Shown one piece after another: positions 7,538 through 15,192 of a stretch of DNA of 26,097 nucleotides (position 1 is its first letter; every line of letters begins with the position of its first letter). The notes under the pieces were generated by a model. The model had not been told where the DNA came from and searched no databases. It saw nothing but the letters and a program-made list of their open reading frames with translations. The DNA is from a virus (lineage: Duplodnaviria; Caudoviricetes). The DNA lies in the IMG/VR virus record IMGVR_UViG_3300047090_000285, positions 1 to 26,097 of that record. One strand, written 5' to 3'. The translations under genes were made by a program, and so were the position numbers.

Positions 7538-8112
7538 GCGCGAAACAACTCCTCGAGGACCTGAAGATGGAAAAGCCCGCGATCACGATCCCCCTCGCCT
7601 GGGGTTATGTTCTCGTCCCCATTTTCCTTCTCCTCGGGCTGCTGGGATTCGTCGCGGGCCTTATCTATGCAATGGTTGCCCTCGGCTACGGCGTCGGGCT
7701 CGCCACGGTTCAGAGCATGGACGACTGGGCGCGGCGGGCCCGAGAACGGATCGCTGCGAACGATGCCGCCACCGAGGCGAGGCGACAGCCTGCGCATCAG
7801 CAAGCCAAAAAACTGGCGACCGGGATCACCCTCAAATGCGTGGATGGTGGTTGGTGGGAGCCGCGGTGTCACTGCGGGTGGTGGGCCGATTCAGTTCCTA
7901 AATGGGAGGACGCTGCACGGCTAGGCGGAATGCACGCGGAGCTACACAAGGATCCTGGCGGTCTCCGGGTCAACGAATATGGCAACCCGCCATATTGGTT
8001 AGTGAATTGTCGCTGTGGCTGGTGGGCTGAGCGGGGCGCCGAAGACGATGCGCTGCTGGCCGGGTCCGACCACCTGCGGATGTTCCACGTCGGCCGGGGA
8101 AACCTGTCATGA
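7534..8112 (+). CDS. Membrane-anchored protein with two tandem CxCGW...HxxxH Zn-finger-like repeats
   Basis: ATGA start at 7534; hydrophobic N-terminal segment; CHCGWW..HAELH and CRCGWW..HLRMFH. Confidence 0.75.
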   Translation: MSAKQLLEDLKMEKPAITIPLAWGYVLVPIFLLLGLLGFVAGLIYAMVALGYGVGLATVQSMDDWARRARERIAANDAATEARRQPAHQQAKKLATGITLKCVDGGWWEPRCHCGWWADSVPKWEDAARLGGMHAELHKDPGGLRVNEYGNPPYWLVNCRCGWWAERGAEDDALLAGSDHLRMFHVGRGNLS

Positions 8113-8564
8113 GACGCGGTCTCCGGCTCCAGGTCGGGAAGCCCCAGGCGCAGGACCAGTCCGCGAAGCACCTGCTGTGCTTTCAACTGCGCAGCATCGG
8201 GCTCATCGCGTTCGAGACGGAGCACTTTTTCGCACGACCGTTCGAGCGGGAGCACCGCTGGGATATCGCGTTCGTGACCCAACGCCTGGCCGTCGAGGTC
8301 GACGGCGGGATCTGGATCCAGGGCGCGCACGCGCACCCGACCACGATCCTGCGCAACATGCTGAAGCGAAACCTGGGGGCCTGCCTCGGGTGGCGCGTCC
8401 TCGCCTTCGACCCGGACCAGGTCAAGTCGGGCGAGGCGGTTCGATTCGTCGAGTTCACGCTGAAAGGGGATCACCATGATTCGATTCACGGCAAGCCGCC
8501 CAGCCTCTCAATCGGCCGCGCCCGTCGTCGGCATGCGGCGCCAGTTCGATCGACCGGTGGTTAA
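8109..8564 (+). CDS. PD-(D/E)XK (Vsr/DUF559-like) phage endonuclease
   Basis: EHFF..REHRWDIAF..RLAVEVDGGIW..H..KRN..LGWRVLAF pattern. Confidence 0.85.
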   Translation: MRRGLRLQVGKPQAQDQSAKHLLCFQLRSIGLIAFETEHFFARPFEREHRWDIAFVTQRLAVEVDGGIWIQGAHAHPTTILRNMLKRNLGACLGWRVLAFDPDQVKSGEAVRFVEFTLKGDHHDSIHGKPPSLSIGRARRRHAAPVRSTGG

Positions 8565-8706
8565 ACGCCGCCGCCTCTTCCTGCCGCTCGCCCTCGTCGT
8601 GGCGATTCAGGTGGCCATCCTTCTGGCTCACCTCGTGTGGCTGGGCGAGAGCTGGATCTGGAACCGATATCTGCGGACCGTCGGTCAGTTGCTGTTCGGC
8701 CTGTGA
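8476..8706 (+). CDS. Small single-TM membrane protein
   Basis: SD AGGGG; KRRR followed by LFLPLALVVAIQVAILLAHLVWL; overlaps the nuclease 3' tail. Confidence 0.5.
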   Translation: MIRFTASRPASQSAAPVVGMRRQFDRPVVKRRRLFLPLALVVAIQVAILLAHLVWLGESWIWNRYLRTVGQLLFGL

Positions 8707-9419
8707 ACTATCCCGCACAGCCCGCACTCCAGGTTGCGCTCGGCTCGATGGCGCGAAAGCCGGTCGCCCACCCCATCCTTTTTTCCGGGTCCATGGTCCG
8801 AGGCATTCTCGAGGGCCGGAAGGGGCAGACCCGGCGCGTGATCAAACCGCAGCCGCCAGCCAAGGCCCGCGACGCCGGCGTCATCTGGTCGATCCGGGAC
8901 GAAGCGAATGGGCAATGGTGCTGGCTCGACAGTGCGGATTTCGACGAGGCGAGTTTTCTGGGCGATTGGTTCCGGTGCCCCTATGGGGTCGAGGGCGACC
9001 GCCTCTGGGTCCGGGAGACGTGGAAGGAGGCGACGGAATTCATGAGCGAAGCCACGGGTCCCAAGGATGTCCGGTTCGCAGCCTCTGTTTCGGAAGCGGA
9101 GTGGGCGACGACGAAGTGGCGCTCTTCAATCCACATGCCGCGGTGGGCATCGCGCATTACGCTTAAAGTCACGCGCGTCCGGATCAAGCGGCTCCATGAG
9201 ATTACCGAGGAGCAGTCAGTCGCCGAGGGTGTCGAGCACGACGAGCACGGCTGGAAGCTCTACAACAAGCATCTCGGCAAGGCGATCTGCGCCGCGACCG
9301 CGCGGCAGTCTTATATCTCTCTCTGGGACCAGATCAACGGCAAGGGCGCGTGGAACGAGAATCCCTGGGTCTGGGCCGTCGCCTTCGAGCGCGCTCCCGA
9401 TTTTGAGCTGGGCGCATGA
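8703..9419 (+). CDS. ASCH/PUA-like phage protein
   Basis: PILFSGSMVRGILEGRKGQTRRVIK, CPYG..GDRLWVRETW, WRSSIHMPRWASRITL..V..RLHEITEE..AEG, W..NPWVWAVAF; start GTG 8703 or ATG 8748. Confidence 0.85.
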   Translation: MNYPAQPALQVALGSMARKPVAHPILFSGSMVRGILEGRKGQTRRVIKPQPPAKARDAGVIWSIRDEANGQWCWLDSADFDEASFLGDWFRCPYGVEGDRLWVRETWKEATEFMSEATGPKDVRFAASVSEAEWATTKWRSSIHMPRWASRITLKVTRVRIKRLHEITEEQSVAEGVEHDEHGWKLYNKHLGKAICAATARQSYISLWDQINGKGAWNENPWVWAVAFERAPDFELGA

Positions 9420-11104
9420 ACCGCCACGAGTTCTGCGGCGTGCATCTGGGATTCGAGGTTGGAACCGGCAAGCCGGTCGAGATCCCGCTGCGTCACATGG
9501 TGGTCACCGGCCAGACGCAGGAGGCGGGCAAGACGACCACCCTCGAGGCGCTGATAGCCCGCGCGAATCTGCCGGCCGTGGCCTTTGTCACGAAGCGTGG
9601 AGAGAAGTCCTTCAGCGCCGGCCGGCGGCTGGCGCCCTACTTCCGCGAGCGGGCTGACTGGCAGTTCGTGTCCTCAGTGCTCGAGGCCACTATGAGGGAA
9701 AAGCTCAAATTTGAGCGGGCCTGGATCATCCGCGCCAGCAAGGGCGCGCGCACGTTGGCCGACGTCCATCGCAACGTGCTGTCTCTGATGGAGAAGGCGA
9801 AAGGGCTGTCGGCCGACGTCTACCTGACGCTGAACGAGTATCTCGAGATCGTCGTCCCGCGGATCGCGGCGGTGCGCTTTGCGACCTCGCTGACACTGCT
9901 CCCCGGGCTGAACGTCCTGGACCTCTCGAAGCGAGACCAGTTCCCGCCGGAGCTGCAGGCGCTCGTGATGCGCTCGGTCATCGAATGGATTTATGAACAC
10001 GCCGATGGGGCGGTGACGATCATCCCCGAGGCCTGGGAGTTCCTGCCGCAAGGCCGCGGCTCGCCGGTGAAGCTCGCCGCCGTGGAGCTCATCCGCAAGG
10101 GCGCCGGCCTGCGTAACTACGTCTGGCTCGATAGCCAAGACATCGGCGGCGTGGACAAGGAGGTATTGCGCTCCTGCCCGGTGTGGCTCCTCGGCGTGCA
10201 GCGCGAGGCGAACGAGATCGAGCGCGTGCTCAAGAATATTCCCGCAGGCGTCGCGAAGCCCAGGCCGGGCGACGTGGCGCGGCTCCAAAAGGGCCAGTTC
10301 TATGCGTGCTACGGCGAGCATGTCATCAAGACCTATGTGCAGCCGGCATGGATGACGGAAAAGGACGCCATCACGGTGGCCTGCTCGAAGGGCGGATTTA
10401 TCACGTTCTCCGGGACGCCTGATCGGCGTGGCCGGATCAAGGTTGACGTTCCTCGCGAGACCGGAGCGCTGGCGACGATGATCGAGAGCAACGGCAAAAA
10501 GATGACGGCCGCGGTGCGCCCCTGGGCCGAGCAGGTTGGCACCGTCAAAAAACAGAAATCACTCTCCACGGAGGACGACGACCTTATGAGTAGCGAGGCG
10601 CTGAAGAAATTGGACCGGATCACGGAGCTGCTCGAGCAGGCGCTGGAAAACCGCGCACTTCCGGCCGGGGCCGGATTGTCGACAGACGGCGGGGCGACGC
10701 GGATTGCGACCTCACGGTCTGGACAATTGGACTCCCCGGGAACCCTCGACGAGGAGACGCTGTATCAGCGATTCAAGGCGCGGCTCACGAAGGAGGCACC
10801 GAGCATCCTGAAGGTGCTCGTGACGAAGCCCGAGCTCCGGATTGAGGAGGTGACCGAAATCATCGAGGTCGACATTAAAACCGCTCGCGGGATGGTGGCA
10901 AAGCTCATCCAGGAAGGATTCGTCGACGACATCGTCTCGGCCAACGTGATCCATAAGGAACTGAAACGGCGGTGGGACTATCGCAGCAGCTCGGTCCGCA
11001 TCTATGAGCAGTGTGCCGCGTTGACGAGCATGGGATTTCTGACCAAGGAGGAGGGCGGCTACCGAGCGCAGGTCGACATGAAGCGTAACATCGTGAAGGG
11101 GTAG
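9416..11104 (+). CDS. HerA/FtsK(DUF87)-like P-loop protein with possible C-terminal winged helix
   Basis: HMVVTGQTQEAGKTT (Walker A-like), VTIIPEAWEF (Walker B position), WLDSQ, LQKGQFY; C-terminal helices plus LTSMGFL. Confidence 0.8.
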   Translation: MNRHEFCGVHLGFEVGTGKPVEIPLRHMVVTGQTQEAGKTTTLEALIARANLPAVAFVTKRGEKSFSAGRRLAPYFRERADWQFVSSVLEATMREKLKFERAWIIRASKGARTLADVHRNVLSLMEKAKGLSADVYLTLNEYLEIVVPRIAAVRFATSLTLLPGLNVLDLSKRDQFPPELQALVMRSVIEWIYEHADGAVTIIPEAWEFLPQGRGSPVKLAAVELIRKGAGLRNYVWLDSQDIGGVDKEVLRSCPVWLLGVQREANEIERVLKNIPAGVAKPRPGDVARLQKGQFYACYGEHVIKTYVQPAWMTEKDAITVACSKGGFITFSGTPDRRGRIKVDVPRETGALATMIESNGKKMTAAVRPWAEQVGTVKKQKSLSTEDDDLMSSEALKKLDRITELLEQALENRALPAGAGLSTDGGATRIATSRSGQLDSPGTLDEETLYQRFKARLTKEAPSILKVLVTKPELRIEEVTEIIEVDIKTARGMVAKLIQEGFVDDIVSANVIHKELKRRWDYRSSSVRIYEQCAALTSMGFLTKEEGGYRAQVDMKRNIVKG

Positions 11105-11107
11105 GCC

Positions 11108-11359
11108 ATGGCCGAGACTCGAACGCTGGGTCTGGAGTGGCAGCAGTTCCAGGCCGGCAGCCTCGCCGTTGAGACTCCGGTATTCCAGCGCAAGCTAATG
11201 CGGAGTGCTTTCTACGCCGGCGCCGCCTCGATGCTCGAGCTGATCACGGGCGGGGATGCTCAGCGAGCGACGGTACAGCAGCGAAGGCGGCTATACGAGA
11301 CGCTGCTGGACGAGCTCGAGCGCTATAACGCGGAATTCAAAAGGCGTCCGGATGGCTGA
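11108..11359 (+). CDS. Phage hypothetical protein (83 aa)
   Basis: EWQQF..QRKLMRSAFYAGAA motif common in phage small proteins. Confidence 0.75.
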   Translation: MAETRTLGLEWQQFQAGSLAVETPVFQRKLMRSAFYAGAASMLELITGGDAQRATVQQRRRLYETLLDELERYNAEFKRRPDG

Positions 11360-11777
11360 CGCATCGCGCTATCGGTGGGCTGTCCCGATCTTCGGGAGCC
11401 ACGCGCACGCCATTCAGTGCCGCAATGGGGTCTCGGCGCCTCTAACGATGTGCACCCGGAAGGTGCAGGTCGGCTGGCGGAGCGAGAGAGCGCACCTCAT
11501 TCGACGGCCAAGATGCGCGGAGTGCACCGAAGCGATCGCGCGCGCGTCAAACGTATATACACCCGTGCCCGGGGTTATGAATCCGCCAGCGTCGGCCGCC
11601 AAGGGCGCTGAGGCAAGGAACCCCACCAGGGCCAGCGTCATGGGCTTGGAGGCAGTCCATAAGGGCCGTGAGCAGGCTAGGCCAGCCGTCACGGCGCCCC
11701 TCCCGTTGCCGTCTACGTCGGGGCGGCGGCAGCCCAGAAAAACCCGGCGATACCCTGTTGGAGATAAAACCCAATGA
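11352..11777 (+). CDS. Hypothetical protein with N-terminal His/Cys Zn-binding motif; 3' half overlaps structured sequence
   Basis: HAHA..MC..RCAEC; ATG 11352 overlaps the upstream stop; C-terminal half is low complexity. Confidence 0.5.
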   Translation: MADASRYRWAVPIFGSHAHAIQCRNGVSAPLTMCTRKVQVGWRSERAHLIRRPRCAECTEAIARASNVYTPVPGVMNPPASAAKGAEARNPTRASVMGLEAVHKGREQARPAVTAPLPLPSTSGRRQPRKTRRYPVGDKTQ

Positions 11778-12109
11778 GTACCGAGAAAGTGAGTAGCGGA
11801 AAAAATGAGCGTGGAGGCAGTGCCGTGACCAGCGAGATGGTTACGGCGTGTCTTCGGGCTTTCCGTCCGTTTCTGGACGAGGCCGGTCATCTTGATTCGT
11901 TCTCTGCACAGGAGGCAGTTGAGGCGGGGTTAGGCGCTGCATTCCAACTGCGCTCTGTAGCGCGAGATACCGGCAGCGAGAAGGTAACGAGTCTGATCAA
12001 CAAGGCTGCTGAGGCAGCGAAGGCCGACGACGCCCTAAAATTCTCTCAAGCTGCGGCCAACGCGGCGAATGCGCTCTGCGCTCTGAAAACCGCGGAGTCG
12101 ATGCCCTAA
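11774..12109 (+). CDS. Phage hypothetical protein (111 aa)
   Basis: SD GGAG, ATGA start; C-terminal DDALKFSQAAANAANAL motif. Confidence 0.7.
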   Translation: MSTEKVSSGKNERGGSAVTSEMVTACLRAFRPFLDEAGHLDSFSAQEAVEAGLGAAFQLRSVARDTGSEKVTSLINKAAEAAKADDALKFSQAAANAANALCALKTAESMP

Positions 12110-12116
12110 AAACCCC

Positions 12117-12151
12117 GGGGGTCGCCAGGACGAGGGCTTCTGGCGATCCTC
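12117..12151 (+). promoter_or_regulatory. 14-bp intergenic RNA hairpin
   Basis: GGGGGTCGCCAGGA / TTCTGGCGATCCTC with three G-U pairs on +; no strong U-tract. Confidence 0.55.
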
Positions 12152-12177
12152 TTCCGACGAAATAGGCTTTACCCAGA

Positions 12178-12450
12178 ATGGCAACCAACCCGGCAGCAGA
12201 GACGAAAATATGCGCACGAGAGGCGGTCCTCGCCATGCGCGATCAGTTCATTACCCTGTCGCAGTGCTACCTGACGCTGCGGGATTATGACGCGGCCAGA
12301 GAGGCAACGGGTCTCGCTCAACTACTCGAGAAGTTCGAGGAGGACCACGACATCACCGAGGCGGAATGGCCGCCGCGGCTGGCAGATGACCCGTTCGAGC
12401 CGAGCGGAAAGGCGCTCGCCGGAACTGAAACGAGTGAACACCGTGGCTGA
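12178..12450 (+). CDS. Phage hypothetical protein (90 aa)
   Basis: Helical, normal composition; last clear gene of the rightward operon. Confidence 0.6.
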   Translation: MATNPAAETKICAREAVLAMRDQFITLSQCYLTLRDYDAAREATGLAQLLEKFEEDHDITEAEWPPRLADDPFEPSGKALAGTETSEHRG

Positions 12451-12542
12451 TGAGATCCGAAGAATCCGCCGCGAGAGAGCTCAGCCGAGCTGGCGCCGTC
12501 CGGGGCGTCCCTGCCGCACGGCGGAGTGGGGGGAAGTGGGGA

Positions 12543-13315
12543 TTAGGATGTGACGCGGAGCGCCTGCATCAGATCCTCGAGCGCCGGCAGGGAAAGCCCG
12601 GCCGGGCTGGTGCCCTTCGAGCTCACCCAGTCGTAATCCGCGATCGCGTAGCACTCCTCCGTGAACGCCTCGAAAAACGCCCAGGTCATCTTTTGCAGGC
12701 GCGCCCCCAGGTGATGCAGGTCGGGCCGACGGTGTCGTAGCCCGCGAGTACGACGGCGTGGCCGCCCACCATCTTGGCCTTCCCGGGTAGTACGTCCCAG
12801 AGCTGCCCGATTGACGCCATGGCGTAATCCGGGATGTCGAAGCCGATATACGCGACGCCGCAGTCGGCGATCGTCATCTTCACGTCCGCGATGTTGCTGG
12901 GATCGACCTCCACGAACGCCACGACGCGATGCCGCGCCGCGCCGTCGTTGATCGGAATGCCACTCAACATGGCGTAGGTCAGGACGTCCTGCTCGACGCC
13001 GCCCTGGTCGGTCGAGGTATCACTGGGCTTGTAGCCGCAGGCACCCGCGTACAGCGCAATAATGTTCTGTTCCGGCTCCGTGTCGATCGGTGGATTCGCG
13101 TTCGCGGTCCACACCTGGAGCGCGTGACCGAGCGCGGCACAGGTGCAGTCGCCGAGGCGGTCGTTCCCCATCATGGTGAGGTCCGTCGGCAGCGTCGCGG
13201 TGTAGTCGACGACCGCGGGCGGCGGGGCGAGTGAGCGACGTTTGCCCGCGAGGAGCGCAGAGAGGTGGGGGATCGCAGGATTGTAGGCGCGAGGCCGGCG
13301 GCCGAGTTTAGGCAT
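12543..13315 (-). pseudogene. Papain-like (C1-type) cysteine protease split by a 2-nt frameshift near 12700
   Basis: GNDRLGDCTCAA (Cys) and GGHAVVLAGYD (His); the frame stops at ITWGRACKR*, but removing one GC from CGCGC gives ITWGRLQKMTWAFF...ALRVTS* ending at 12543; SD GGAGG. Confidence 0.75.
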
Positions 13316-13340
13316 GGGGGGATCCTCCGAGTGGGGGCAT

Positions 13341-13374
13341 AAAAAAGCCGGGAGCCCGCGAGGGACCCCCGGCT
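13341..13374 (-). terminator. Rho-independent terminator of the late/lysis transcript
   Basis: Minus strand GCCGGG-GGT-CCC-TCGC-GGG-CT-CCCGGC followed by T6. Confidence 0.85.
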
Positions 13375-13409
13375 AGCTTCAGGGAGTAATCAACTATGGC
13401 GCGGGAAGT

Positions 13410-13826
13410 CTACCCAGCCACGGCCTGCGGTGCACCCGCCGCAGGCGCGGGTCCCGAGGCCGGCAGGTACTTCTGCGCGACCGAGATGGCTTCCGCGCAG
13501 GCCGCCTTGATCTGCTCGCCGATGAGGGTCGAGATAATCAGTCCGCTCCCGAGCGCCTGCAGGGCCGCGATGCGAGCGCCCGTCCAGGTGATCAGCGTCT
13601 GCAGTGCCGCCACCTTCGCCGGGTCGGTCTCCTTCTGAGACAGAACCGCATCGATGGCCGCGATACCCGAGACGGGATCATCGACCGCCGCGGAGACCGC
13701 CAGGGCGACCGCGATCGCGGTAGTGGCATTCGCCTGGACCTTATCGGGGCCGTCCTTGGTGATCTCGCGACCGACGACCAGGTCGATCAGGACCTTCAGG
13801 ACGAAGGGTGTATTCAAATTAGGCAT
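13410..13826 (-). CDS. Hydrophobic Ala-rich hypothetical protein at the end of the lysis cassette
   Basis: SD AAGGAG; upstream of the terminator. Confidence 0.75.
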   Translation of the reverse strand: MPNLNTPFVLKVLIDLVVGREITKDGPDKVQANATTAIAVALAVSAAVDDPVSGIAAIDAVLSQKETDPAKVAALQTLITWTGARIAALQALGSGLIISTLIGEQIKAACAEAISVAQKYLPASGPAPAAGAPQAVAG

Positions 13827-13837
13827 AAACGACTCCT

Positions 13838-14173
13838 TCAGGTTGCCGGACCTGCCGGCTGGATAGGGTTTGCGTGCACCGGGGCGGCGGGGGCCGGAGC
13901 AGCGGGGGCCGGAGCAGCGGGGGCCGGAGCAGCGGGGGCCGGAGCAGCCACGCCGAGGTGATCCTCGTCGACGCTCGTGCGCTGACGCATGAACCAGAAC
14001 GAAATCACGATGGTCACCACGCCCTCGACGACGTGGAGAACCTCCATCTTCAGATAGCCCAGTCCGACCAGGATGATGACGACAAAGAAGATCGTCAGCA
14101 CGTAGAAGGACAGACCGACCTGCGCGCTGCGCGCCTTACGGTGCGTGAGATTGCTCCCGAGTACTTTGGGCAC
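13838..14173 (-). CDS. Putative holin (2 TM) with Ala/Pro repeat tail
   Basis: Two hydrophobic helices ending ISFWFMRQR; near the endolysin; GTG 14173 with SD GGGGGA (longer start at 14227 possible). Confidence 0.6.
   Translation of the reverse strand: MPKVLGSNLTHRKARSAQVGLSFYVLTIFFVVIILVGLGYLKMEVLHVVEGVVTIVISFWFMRQRTSVDEDHLGVAAPAPAAPAPAAPAPAAPAPAAPVHANPIQPAGPAT
13887..13946. repeat. 4 perfect tandem copies of 15-bp GCGGGGGCCGGAGCA (encoding an AAPAP repeat on -)
   Basis: Read directly from the sequence. Confidence 0.95.
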
Positions 14174-14278
14174 GAGGTCCCCCGTTTTGGATCGAGCCGC
14201 CGCCGGAAGGGGAAGCATGCCCCACAAGCCAGTCGCCGCTCAAGCTGACCACAGCCTGCGGCCAGTCAAGCATTCGGA

Positions 14279-14368
14279 TCAACTTGCCAAATTGCGCAAG
14301 TCGTTGATCAGGTCGTCAACGCGCCGGAGGAACTCCGGCTCGAGGGCGGGGAGCGCATAGCTCTTCAC
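14279..14368 (-). CDS. 29-aa peptide coupled to the endolysin stop (MKSYALPALEPEFLRRVDDLINDLRNLAS)
   Basis: GTGA overlap; amphipathic helix. Confidence 0.35.
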   Translation of the reverse strand: MKSYALPALEPEFLRRVDDLINDLRNLAS

Positions 14369-14856
14369 AGGTCCTGTAGGGCAGCGAGCGCGATGCGATG
14401 CACCCAGCCGACGCCGTCGGCATCCCAGGCTTTGCCCGCTCGGAGCTGCCGCACCTGCTCGGAGACCCAGCGAGCCATGAAGTCTTTCTGGTCCACGAGG
14501 CAGGCTTTTAGCGCCGCTGACTGCGTGAGCGCGCCGAGCTGACCATCCGCGGACACGCCGAGCGCGTGCTGCAGGGCCTCGACCGCCGCGTGCGGGCCCT
14601 GAAGCACCGAAGCGGCCAGGAGGGGCGTAGCGCACTGTGACGGCAGCCCATCGGCGCCAGCCGGCCAGTAGCGCGCCGTGAAGAGGCTCCCGGCACGTTC
14701 CGGGGTCATGTTGATGATGTCGTCCCGGGTGAGCTCCGGGTGCTCGTTGAGCGCGATCCCCCAGCGCGTGAGACCGCCAGGGTCGTCGGGCCGGTCCGTG
14801 AGCTCGCCGGTCTCGAGGATGTGGAGGACGAAACTGACGGCGTTGGTGAGACTCAA
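14365..14856 (-). CDS. Endolysin, glycoside hydrolase family 108 with peptidoglycan-binding C-terminus
   Basis: LETGELTDRPDDPGGLTRWGI..DIINMT.E.A..RYW..LQHALGVSADGQLGALT..GWVHRI; TTG start overlapping the upstream stop. Confidence 0.88.
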   Translation of the reverse strand: MSLTNAVSFVLHILETGELTDRPDDPGGLTRWGIALNEHPELTRDDIINMTPERAGSLFTARYWPAGADGLPSQCATPLLAASVLQGPHAAVEALQHALGVSADGQLGALTQSAALKACLVDQKDFMARWVSEQVRQLRAGKAWDADGVGWVHRIALAALQDL

Positions 14857-15161
14857 TCCAGGTCCTTCCGGAAGGAATCGGCCAGGTTCAGCGGCCGTAG
14901 ACCCGCCTTCTCGCGTAACTCGTCGATCTGGCCCACCAGCATCCCGATTTGCCCGCGCTGCTTATGCACGCGGCCGCGCAGTCCGCTGCCGTGATCGCCG
15001 ACGTCGGAAACGATACGCCGGATATCGCTCGCCATCGACCCGAGGGTCTCTCCTACGCGGCCGCATTTTACGATGTGCTCCCAGAGGGCCTTGGCGACAA
15101 CGCCCATGATCGTTATCTGGATAACGACCAGGAGACCGATCGCCCAGGTTAATACTTCCAC
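14853..15161 (-). CDS. Single-TM plus coiled-coil lysis-region membrane protein
   Basis: VLTWAIGLLVVIQITIMGVVAKAL followed by heptads; start (GTG 15161) uncertain. Confidence 0.6.
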   Translation of the reverse strand: MEVLTWAIGLLVVIQITIMGVVAKALWEHIVKCGRVGETLGSMASDIRRIVSDVGDHGSGLRGRVHKQRGQIGMLVGQIDELREKAGLRPLNLADSFRKDLD

Positions 15162-15192
15162 CTCAACATCCCACCACTGCAGTGATCTCCGT

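Noticed and set aside
11571-11628. tRNA gene
   Set aside because: Only 58 nt, 6-bp acceptor-like stem, no cloverleaf; kept as a structured-RNA finding
12443-12553. 36-aa Arg-rich ORF at the convergence point
   Set aside because: Short, low complexity, overlaps the restored protease stop; no supporting evidence
13887-13946. CRISPR array or iterons
   Set aside because: No spacers; in-frame coding tandem repeat
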